A DNA stretch of 64,000 nt, from NCBI RefSeq assembly GCF_964355755.1, contig NC_092678.1, positions 18,989,365 through 19,053,364 on the forward strand. The letters run 5' to 3'. Positions 27,170-38,358 of this stretch are shown one piece after another. The translations under genes were made by a program, and so were the position numbers. How positions within the stretch are numbered: the first letter of the stretch is position 1; every line of letters begins with the position of its first letter. Source of the DNA: Antedon mediterranea (taxonomy: Eukaryota > Animalia > Echinodermata). The notes beneath the pieces were generated by a model. It was given only the letters and a program-made list of their open reading frames with translations, had not been told where the DNA came from and made no database searches.

Positions 27170-30100
27170 ATGTGGGTGTCCATACTGTCCATCCAACGTA
27201 CCTTGAGCATGAGGCCGCAGGCCCAATGGATGTCAAAAGTCCAGATGTCAAAATCATGGATAGCAAGGGCCAAATGCTTTTCAACCAGCACATTCTATTA
27301 CAAGGTAAGGCGATTGAAGACCTTGTCAGGCCTAGATGTGAACTATATTTAATACCAATAGAAAAATAGTTGATGTCTTGGATAGAAGTAGGCCTACTGT
27401 AGATGAATTTAACTCACACATTGCCATATTATATCAAATAAAGAAAGACTTACAAGGACAAGTAGACACTAACACAATAACAAACCATCCTGCCATAAAC
27501 AGAAAAAAATGGAAACAAATTGTGGAAAGCGTAATGTCGGAAGACGGAAAACGTTAACAACATTGCCATATTAGTTACCGTTGAATTGCTATAAAATGGT
27601 TTAAATTATTGATAGATGAATTTGCATAGGTGGTTTTAAGGGGGCCCCACAGCCAGTTGGTGACCCCTTAAATTACAATGATAAAGATAGGACATTAGGT
27701 TAAGTTTAGCACTTAATTTCACAAATTTCAAGGTTAGATTTGAACCCAGAAACTTCTTTATATAAAAGGCATACTACCATTAGACTGGTGCTTTCATGGT
27801 ATGGTTCAAATTCATGTATAAAATATAATGAATAATTGAGACTTTTTTTTAAATAATTTTTTTCACAATGTTTTACCTTTTCTTTGCTCAGAATGAAGGG
27901 AACATTATCCTGATGGGGAGTCCCGGATCAGGAAAGACCACTCATGGCAGAAAACTGTCTAAAAGACTTGGTATGCCTGTACTGGACGTTGATGATCATC
28001 ATCTGGAACCACTCTGGCAGATGAAAGTGTCCGAAAAGGTTAGTATTTAGAGTGTGTTGATAATTACATGTTACAATGTCATGTCAGTGCTGCTAATTCA
28101 GGTGCTCTCTCTCCTGTCCACGACAGTAGTTATATGTGAACTAGTCGACCAGGAAATCCCTGTTACACTCGTTTTGAAAGATGCTGTACGTAGGTTATCT
28201 GAGAAGAAAAAATGAATCGAGTGAGCCTCAAACCCTTGCCAATATTATGGCTATGGATTACAGCTCCACTGTCTTTGACATTCCATTCAAGATGGAAGCA
28301 GCTTAGTCATTCCATCAAATATTCTTGATTTTCATTATTGTCTTTAATAGTATTGTATATAAAAATAAAGTATTAAATGAATCTAAATAAAATTAAAATG
28401 TAATATAAAATATTCTTTTATTCCAGCTTAATGAAGTTGGGGCAGAAAAATTTCTAGAAGCTGAAGGAGAAGCTCTTTTGCAGCTAAAAGCTTCAAACAC
28501 AATCATTTCATTGACTGGTTCCAATCCACTGCATAACAAAGCAATGCAGTATATTTCGGAGTCTGGAGTCGTCGTCTTCATTGATGCAAATAGCGACGAC
28601 ATTATTTCACGCCTGGAAGCCATGAAGGTGGACAGAATTGTTGGACAAGGTTCTGGAATGACAATGAAAGAAATCTTAACATATCGACAGCAATTTTACG
28701 AGGACAACTACGATGTTAGAGTGACTTGTGAAAAAGAAGAGTCTTTTGAAAGCATCGGGGAGAAGATTTCTGAAGCAGTTAGAAGATTCCAGAATAAATC
28801 CGGATATGTATCGACAAGGTCACAGGTTCTTGGTGAGAGTTCAGCAGATTTTAATCAAGTTGTTTTACAGGGTCTTGCGCAGGATGGAGGGCTTTATGTT
28901 CCAGAACACCCATTGCCATCAATGACAATAAAACAGTGGGACAGACTAGTGGAGATGACATATGAGGAGAGAGCTCTTCGAATCTTAGAACTTCTTTTAC
29001 ATCCGTCCGATCTTCATCCAAGACTGCTGAAAAATATGATCAACACGGCATATTCCATTGAAAATTTCAACTGTAAGGTCGTTGCTCCAGTTGTTCCTCT
29101 GGAGAACAACCAGTATATTCTGGAGCTATTCCATGGGCCTTCAGCTTCCTTTAAAGATGGTGCTCTCCAGCTGATGCCTCAGTTCTTTTCAAATGCATCG
29201 GAAAGGGACTTTCCAAATACAAGGTGGGGAATGAGTCAGAGTATAATACAATCTTACATACACACAGCACTTTGAAAATGTAAAGCTCTGTCTACACCAT
29301 TAAACTATTTTGACAAAATAATTTTTTTGTCACATAAAGTTTGATAGTGTAGGCAGAGCTTTAAATAACTTACAATAATGCTTACCTATTGTAATCTTTA
29401 TTCACAGGCATCTAATACTGGTTGCAACATCAGGTGATACAGGTAGTGCCGTACTTGATGGATTCAGCAAATACGCAGGTATTCTTAACAGTATGCAAAT
29501 AAACCAATGCAAATTGATACTTCATTTGCATAATAGTTTCAAGAATATGTATACCATTATTAATTAAATCTAAATTTATTGTTTCAATATTTGAAGTAAT
29601 TAAACAAGTTTTCTATTTTTTAAGATAAAAATACATCTGTCGTTGTGTTGTATCCCGAGAGAGGTGTAAGCGCTGTACAAAAAGCACTCATGACATCCGC
29701 TACAGGAGAAAACATCAAAGTCATTGGTATGTGCACAACTAAAAATTAAACTTTATGTCAATTAATTATTAGTGGCCAAGCATTTATATATTATCAATGT
29801 ATTGAAACGTATCATATCTAAAGATGTTAGTTTTCACAAATTCCGAAGGCATGAACTAATGTATATTTCTATTGACTATAATCTAATCAGAAAAATGCAA
29901 ATTTATCAGGAAACAATTAAATGGAATGGTCCAAAAACACAATGCTGGTTTTATGTCATTGCTTTTTTCTCCAGGAATCAACAGTGATTTTGATTTCTGC
30001 CAGTCTGCCATAAAGAGAATCTTCAGTGACACTGCCCTCAAAGAGGAACTACTTTTAAATCACAACTTGAAGCTAAGTGCTGCAAACTCCATCAATTGGG

Positions 30101-33100
30101 GGCGCTTACTTCCGCAAGTTGTCTACCATGCCTCAGGATATCTGACAATGGTACAACAAGGAATTATTGGCATTGGAGATCCTGTTGATGTTTGTATTCC
30201 AACCGGAAATTTTGGGAACATTCTTGGAGCGATTTATTCAAAGGTAAATTAATAATTTTAGTTGTAGAACGCTAGTTTACAAAGTCAATTATCAGTACAG
30301 GTACTGTTTTACAATTTGCCTAGTACTGTATTGAGCAGTCTGTGATACAGAATACTATGTGCATCACATGTGATACATGTATTATTGGAACAATGTCACA
30401 TGTGATGCTGTATTTAACCTAACCTTAGAAACAGTTAATAATACATAATTTACTAGTTACGCTGTATCAAGACATTTGTCTATGATGATAGACAAAAAAT
30501 GTTGTCATTTGTTGAGAATGCATTACTGAGAATCGAGTGATGATCAATCGACAAGAACACTTTGTATTATGTGTCATTGGTATCTTCATACAGATATAAT
30601 ATCTTGTCATTCATACAATTTCCATGCTCTCTTTATTTTTAGCAAATGGGAATTCCTTTTCGGCGATTTGTTTGCACCTCTAACAAGAATAACGTGCTGA
30701 GTGAATTCTTCAACACAGGCATGTACGATTTAAGACAGAAGAAGCTTAGTGTGACAACCTCTCCAGCTATTGACATTCTGAAATCTTCAAATCTTGAAAG
30801 GTATTTAGCTTTAACTTATTAAACTGATTGATTTATTAATGAATGAATGAATTGATTCATCCTGCTAAACTGATTGATTCATGAATTGATTGATTTTTGG
30901 ATTGATTGATCGATGGAAGAATGAATTGTTTGGTGGATTGATTGATTAATGTATCCATTGACAAGGGCAAATCTAAAGCAGAGTCCACAGGGTCCCTTAA
31001 ATTTGACGGGTGCCCTTTTTTACACAGCGGCATAGACAAAAATATAAATTTCCCATAATGTGAGAGTCAATCCTCGGCGATACTTTCGGTTATAAATAGA
31101 AATTTTCGGTGGCCGATCAGGAGCAGCATAAAGGATAGTAGACATTGCGTCTCAAGATGCCTCATAAGAGGAGGGGCATAGAAAATATAAACAAAAAAGA
31201 TTTGGCACAAGCCAAACATGACTCGTGATCATCATCTATTACTGGCTTGTCGACGTCTTGGAGCTCGTGTTGGTCTAAACATTAAAAATAGAATGCAGTA
31301 TTTTCTTCAATTCCGAATAACGGGTCTCCATATTCTGACCAATATCGATCTGTACAAGTAGCAGTTGTGAGGTCTAGGGAGACTGGGAGAGGGGTAGAGC
31401 AAAAAAAAAATTGGCTTAGTGATATACTGTAATATAGATTTCAAATTGTTAACAGTATAGGAAATCGGTGGTAAGGTTTAAATGAAAATTCAAATGAATG
31501 AAAAGTTATATTGTACCTTTCCTCTGATCTTTCTCTACCGTATCCATGTAGGCTGATTCAGGTGGCTGCTGGGCTTCAGTTGTCAGGTTGTGAACGGTGA
31601 CAAGATTTTCTGCCACTAACTTGGATAAAACATCTCCAACTATACGCGTTGCCACCTCGTCAAGCTCCTCATCAGAGATGGAGGCTTCGGTTGGCTGCTG
31701 TGCTTTAGTTGTCAGGTTGTTATGAACGATGGCAAGATGTTCTGCCACTACCTTGGATAAAACATCTCCAAAAACATGTGTTGCCAGCTCGTCAAGCTCC
31801 TTATCCTCATCAGAGATGGAGGCTTCAGTTGGCTACTGTGCTGCAGTTGTCAGGTTGTTATGAATGATGGCAATATTTTCTACCAATACCTTGGATAAAA
31901 AATCTTCAACAACACTTGTTGCCAGATTGTCAAGCTCATCATCATCATCAAAGGTGGATGCTTCAGTTGTCTGCTGTGCCTCAGTTTCCTTGTCTATGGA
32001 GAAATTTTTTTGGATAATTTTTATAATTACTTTGATATATAACAAATTAATCCAAATATAAATGTGAACAAGAATCTTACTAAGTATAAAACAAAAGATG
32101 AACGATTTATTGGTGGGTGTTGGGGAGAGGTTGTCTTCAAGTACACACATTCCACCTTAAAACTATAGGTAGGCCTATAAATTGGCTTAGGCATGATGAT
32201 AGTGTATGTTCTTACGGTCATTGTTCATGACTTGATTTATTGCTTGACATTTTGCAACTGCGGTTGCTAGTATACCTTGAACGAAGTTAGCTGCAAACTG
32301 TTTTAATTGCACATCCTCATCATGGGTGCGGTTGACTGTAGCTGCTATGACACCTTAAACGAAGGTAGCTGCAAACTCATTTAGTTGCACATCCTCATCG
32401 GTGCTTTTGACTGCATTTGCTATGATACCTTGAACGAAAGAAGCTGCAAACTGTTTTAGTTGCACATCCTCATCATGGGTGCGCTTAACTGCAGTTGCTA
32501 TGACACCTTGAACGAAGGTAGCTGCAAACTGTTTTAGTTGCACATCCTCATCATGGCTGCGCTTGACTGCAGTTGCTCTGACACCTTGAAAGATGGTTGC
32601 TGCACGTTGTTTCAGTTGCACATCCTCATCATGGGTGCGCTTGACTGCAGTTGCTAGGAACTGTTTTAGTTGCACATCCTCATCGGTGCTTTTGACTGCA
32701 TTTGCTATGACACCTTGAACGAAAGAAGCTGCAAACTGTTTTAGTTGCACATCCTCATCATGGGTGCGCTTAACTGCAGTTGCTATGACACCTTGAACGA
32801 AAGTGGCTGCAAACTGTTTTAGTTGCACATCCTCATCATGGCTGCGCTTGACTGCAGTTGCTCTGACACCTTGAACGATGGTTGCTGCACGTTGTTTCAG
32901 TTGCACATCCTCATCATAGGTGCACTTGACTGCAGTTGCTAGGAACTGTTTTAGTTGCACATCCTCATCATTGGTGCTCTTGACTGCATTTGCTATAACA
33001 CCTTGAACGAAAGTAGCTGCAAACTGTTTTAGTTGCACATCCCCATCATGGGTGTGCTGGACTGCATTTGCTCTGACACCTTAAACGATGGTAGCTGCAC

Positions 33101-36100
33101 GTTGTTTCAGTTGCACATCCTCATCATGGCTGTGCTTGACTGCATTTGCTCTGACACCTTGAACGAAGTTAGCTGCAAACTGTTTTAGTTGCACATCCTC
33201 ATCACGGGTGCGGTTGACTGTAGTTGCTATGACACCTTAAACGAAGGTAGCTGCAAACTCATTTAGTTGCACATCCTCATCGGTGCTCTTGACAGCATTT
33301 GCTATGACACCTTGAACGAAAGAAGCTGCAAACTGTTTTAGTTGCACATCCCCATCATGGGTGTGCTTGAATGCATTTGCTCTGACACCTTGAACGATGG
33401 TAGCTGCACGTTGTTTCAGTTGCACATCCTCATCATGGGTGTGCTTGACTGCATTTGCTCTGACACCTTGAACGAAGTTAGCTGCAAACTGTTTTAGTTG
33501 CACATCCTCATCATGGGTGCGGTTGACTGTAGTTGCTATGACACCTTAAACGAAGGTAGCTGCAAACTCATTTAGTTGCACATCCTCATCGGTGCTCTTG
33601 TCTGCATTTGCTCGGACACCTTGAACGAAAGAAGCTGCAAACTGTTTTAGTTGCACATCCTCATCATGGGTGCGCTTTACTGCATTTGCTCTGACACTTT
33701 GAACGAAGTTAGCTGCAAACTGTTTTAGTTACACATCCTCATCATGGGTGCGGTTGACTGTAGTTGCTATGACACCTTAAACGAAGGTAGCTGCAAACTC
33801 ATTTAGTTGCACATCCTCATCGGTGCTCTTGACTGCATTTGCTATGACACCTTGAACGAAAGAAGCTGCAAATTGTTTTAGTTGCACATCCTCATCATGG
33901 GTGCGCTTTACTGCAGTTGCTATGACACCTTGAACGAAAGTAGCTGCAAACTGTTTTAGTTGCACACTGTTTTAGTTGCACATCCCCATCATGAGTTTGC
34001 TTGACTGAATTTGCTCTGACACCTTGAACGATGGTAGATGCACGTTGTTTCAGTTGCACATCCTCATCAAGGGTGCGCTTGACTGCAGTTGCTAGGACAC
34101 CTTGAACGAAGGTAGCTGCAAACTGTTTTAGTTGCACATCCCCATCATGGGTGTGCTTGACTGAATTTGCTCTGACACCTTGAACGATGGTAGATGCACG
34201 TTGTTTCAGTTGCACATCCTCATCAAGGGTGCGCTTGACTGCAGTTGCTAGGACACCTTGAACGAAGGTAGCTGCAAACTGTTTTAGTTGCACATCCCCA
34301 TCATGGGTGTGCTCGACTGCATTTGCTCTGACACCTTGAACGATGGTAGCTGCACGTTTCAGTTGCACATCCTCATCATGGGTGCGCTTGACTGCAGTTC
34401 CTAGTACACCTTGAACGATTGTAGCTGCACGTTGTTTCAGTTGCACATCCTCATCATGGGTGTGCTTGACTGCATTTGCTCTGACACCTTGAACGAAAGA
34501 AGCTGCAAACTGTTTTAGTTGCACATCCTCATCATGGGTGCGCTTTACTGCAGTTGCTATGACACCTTGAACGAAAGTAGCTGCAAACTGTTTTAGTTGC
34601 ACATCCCCATCATGGGTGTGCTTGACTGAATTTGCTCTGACACCTTGAACGATAGTAGATGCACGTTGTTTCAGTTGCACATCCTCATCATGGGTGCGCT
34701 TGACTGCAATTGCTAGGACACCTTGAACGAAGGTAGCTGCAAACTGTTTTAGTTGCACATCCCCATCATGGGTGTGCTCGACTGCATTTGCTCTGACACC
34801 TTGAACGATGGTAGCTGCACGTTGTTTCAGTTGCCCATCCTCATCATGGGTGCGCTTGACTGCAGTTCCTATTACACCTTGAACGATTGTAGCTGCACGT
34901 TGTTTCAGTTGCACATCCTCATCATGGGTGTGCTTGACTGCATTTGCTCTGACACCTTGGACGAAGTTAGCTGCAAACTGTTTTAGTTGCACATCCTCAT
35001 CATGGGTGCGCTTGACTGCAGTTGCTAGGACACCTTGAACGAAGGTAGCTGCACACTGTTCCAGTTGCACATCGTCAGCATGGGTGCTCTTGACTGCAAG
35101 TTGCAAGTTGTCTGGTAGGTGGACGTATCTGGTATTAGTGTCAATCGCAGATGTTTTGCGCTTGTTGGTTGTAATGAGTCATTCTGGGAGGACTTTATGC
35201 TATTCAATGATATATCATTCTTCCTGCCAGTTGAAGTGAGTGAGTTACCTACAACTGTTGTTGCTATGGAAGTTACGAACTGTTTTAAAGGGGGTTTTAG
35301 TTCCACATCATGCACATCCTCATCGCAGAACCTCTTTGCTGCAAGTTGCGATGTCTGATACTGATAGGTGGACATATCTGGTTTTAGTGTTGATCGTAGA
35401 TGTTTTTGCGGTTTTTGGATGTAGGCCTATAAGTCATTCAGACTTCAGAGAGGACTTTATGCTTTCATTCTTCCTGCCAGGAGTGAGTGAGTTGCCTGGT
35501 ATAAAATAAAAGTAGATTTCAAATTGTTTTATTTATATTTTTATGTGATGATATGCCAGTTTTTCAAAGAAAATTTCTGTTAATGTCAGTTTAATGGACA
35601 AATAAAGATACTATGACTATGAAATAAATAGCTTACCAATATACATACAAAAAAAAGTGTCAAAAAAAAATAGTAAATGATCAGCTATTATGCAATGCTT
35701 GCCTACCTGCAGCAGGTGAAGATGATTGAACTTCCAGCAGCTGGAAGTTCAAATATATCACGTGTATCACGACCACTTTTTTTATTGACGTAAATAAACG
35801 CCCAACTTTTAACCAACAGAAGAAAGATTAAAGGATTTTCCACCAATAGCATTGTGTGTGATTTAAAACAGGCCACGCCCAGTAATTCATTGTTTGCATA
35901 CGCCACCCGCCGTGACAGCTCTCTCCTACTGAGGAGGGTCATCCGCTTCGCGCGCCTTGTTGGTTACGCACATGCGCGCTCGATACCGAGTCATCGACAG
36001 TGATTTGTAATAGCCGCTGAACTAGCAATTTGATAAATGAATGATGGATATATTAATCATAATTAGATTGGTTGATGTATTGATAGATGTATTGATAGAT

Positions 36101-37244
36101 AGATATTGATTGAATGATTGATTGATTGATTTGGCTTATTGGCCAATATGCTGAGTGTCATTGAGTTGATGTTTATTTTATACTATTTATTTGCATACAA
36201 TGATATTGACAAGCTTAGCCCCATTTACTAGGGTAAATAACTGTATAGACACTGCCAGTCCTGTCCTCATAATTAGATCGTCCCCCACCCCACCCAACAA
36301 AAAACTATTAATTTTAGCCAAAAATGTAACTTTAATGCAAGTAATTTAATATTACTTTTTGTGTAAGGTATTTATATATGATAACCAATAAGGACAGTAA
36401 AGAGGTTAGACGTTGCTTTGATGAACTTTCGAACAATAAATTCTTCCAAGTTTCACAAGAGGTTGTAGAGCGGATGCAAAGAGACACCGTTGCTGATTGG
36501 TGTTCAGAGGAATTGTGCTCAAAGACGATCCATGCTGTCTTTAAGAGAACAGGTAAAGGTCAATTTACACAGCAGACGAGTGGTAACGGTAAGCAGAAAA
36601 CCACGTACCTTGTGTACCACGTGGAGTCTGCATCTATCCTGAGCGGAAACCGCCCGTCCACTCCCCCGTTGTGTGTAAATGGTCACACAGAATAATAACA
36701 TAGATTCTATATTTTGATTACCGTTACCGCTCGTCTGTGTAAATTTGCCTTAAAGAGAGATAAACAAAAATTGTATTTTTTATTATTACTATTACATATC
36801 AATATTAATTGTAATATTATTGTATAGATTCACTACTAGACTTGTTCAAACCTGTTATTATTAAGTATTGTTAATATTATTAGGCATATATTCATTTCTT
36901 ATTATTACCATTTATTTTTTTCTCTAGGTTATTTATTGGACCCGCACACAGCGGTGGCTAAGGCGGTTGCAGACAGGTTCCATGATGAATCTGTTCCTAT
37001 GGTAATTTGTTCAACTGCACATTATGGGAAATTCGCTTCAGATGTACTGACCGCGCTAGAGGGGTCAGTTGATGCAGATGACCCTGTGACACTCTTTCGA
37101 CAGTTGAAAGACTTCAACCCATATCCCATGATGCACCTTGAACTGGAAGAGTCCATTCGTAGACCAAAAATGCATACACAAGTTTTATCTGCTAATGTAA
37201 ACGAAATAATTTCTGAACTGAAACATTTTATTAAAATGATGTAA
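27170..37244 (+). CDS. THNSL1: Threonine synthase-like 1 (shikimate-kinase-like P-loop domain plus PLP-dependent threonine synthase fold), ~726 aa
   Basis: Exons 27170-27304 (basic, acid-free transit-peptide-like leader), 27892-28038 (GSPGSGKTT), 28427-29223 (ISLTGSNP, YVSTR, GLAQDGGLYVP, LELFHGPSASFKD with the PLP lysine), 29408-29478 (ATSGDTGSA), 29625-29726, 29975-30243 (SAANSINWGRLLPQVVYH, PTGNFGN), 30643-30800 (SPAIDILKSSNLER), 36368-36552 and 36928-37244 (DPHTAVA, STAHYGKF). Phases are consistent. Confidence 0.95.
29284..29360. mobile_element. Short MITE, family B (TIR AGCTCTGTCTACAC); other copies at ~22015-22121 and 56862-57003
   Basis: taa|agctctgtctacac ... gtgtaggcagagct|tta. TWA flanks are typical of PIF/Harbinger. 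Confidence 0.7.
31282..35790 (-). pseudogene. Nested antisense spliced gene (disabled, or of uncertain coding status) encoding tandem amphipathic-helix repeats, inside THNSL1 intron 7
   Basis: Candidate exons ~35790-35707, 35495-32216, 31993-31517 and 31373-31282 have canonical splice sites; the last two junctions are both phase 1 and keep the frame. In-frame stops (CAA>TAA, CAG>TAG) and frameshifts interrupt the ORF. Confidence 0.7.
32250..35097 (-). repeat. Coding-type tandem repeat, ~37 units of 78 bp (75-bp and 54-bp variants)
   Basis: The unit translates as THDEDVQLKQ(F/R)AA(T/S/N)(F/I)VQGV(I/L/R)A(T/N)AVK(R/H). Length variants are almost all multiples of 3. Confidence 0.95.
36557..36750. 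mobile_element. PIF/Harbinger-like MITE, family C, with TAA target duplication
   Basis: TAA|aggtcaatttacacag..acgagtggtaacggtaa ... ttaccgttaccgctcgtctgtgtaaatttgcct|TAA. A partial relative lies at ~6400-6595. Confidence 0.8.
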
Positions 37245-38358
37245 ATTATGTTTTCCATTCAATAGGCGAATCTCTTTATGCTAATCAAATATTACAGTGC
37301 TCTGATTGGTTGGCCTTTTTTGGCATTGCAAAACGTAGATGTAAATGTGAATGCATTTACCAATTTTTTGATTAGTGTAGCACGAATAAACTTGTGTAGT
37401 GGAAAACCTAGCTAAGATATGCTAAAAAAAGTGTACATGTTTTAATATTAAAGATGACGTAACTGAAACATGGGCTTACCTTATGGTTTAAAATGCTAGT
37501 GTAATAACTATTTTATTCTAAAACAGGGTATTTAGACATTGTCTTAGGCATATATAATATTATATATATAAAACAGCTTTATTTACTAAAAGTTCAACAC
37601 GTTACACCAGTTAGTTAGTTTATTAAAAACATTCCAATTTCTACATAAATTGTATTTGTAGCTACGTTAACACGGAGGTTGCATTACGTCATGCGTTATG
37701 TTTTTCGATAATACATAGGCCCTACGTCCGGAATGAGTTAATAGAGTTTGGAAAAAACACACGTATACGCTTTCTTAGGTTGTCCAAACTGCCTATTGTA
37801 AACGGTTCTTTTGTTAACAATACCTCACAGGTTTTTTTATCCGGCCACCGTACCCGAATCCAGGCTCGTTTAAAAGTAATTTATTAAGATAAGATATTAA
37901 ATATCTCTATGGTTTTATATACAAGGAAAGTGCTCCGGGCGTATGGTAGCGGTATAAAACAGATTCTATAAACAATACAATTCAAATATATAGTATCAAA
38001 TGACTAAAATAATTTGTTTTATTTGTTGTAATTATAAAAACGGTTATTTATGAATATATAAACATTTACATTAAATAATAATTCAATTATTGCCTATAAA
38101 AAGGTATTAAATTTTATTTTTCATTTTAAGCAAATCTGATTATATTATTTAAGTTCTCTAAATACACAACATAATTACATTTATAATTGGCTATGTGCTA
38201 GTCATGGCCTAATAATCATCTGAGTTAAAAATATGTGTGTACTCGGCACAAATTACAAACGTTTTTTTTTTTTTACGTTCTCTATGAGCTCGTAGCAATA
38301 ATATAACTTGAATAATAATAATAAGTTTCATATTTGAAATCTGATTTCTTGTAATTAT

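Noticed and set aside
32250-35097. CRISPR-like array or plain satellite
   Set aside because: The context is eukaryotic, there are no unique spacers or cas genes, and unit lengths keep the reading frame within a spliced structure.
30950-36025. Canonical Helitron termini for the nested cassette (A|TC at ~30954, CTAG at ~36022)
   Set aside because: The CTAG is followed by C rather than T, and there is no convincing subterminal hairpin. The termini are left unassigned.
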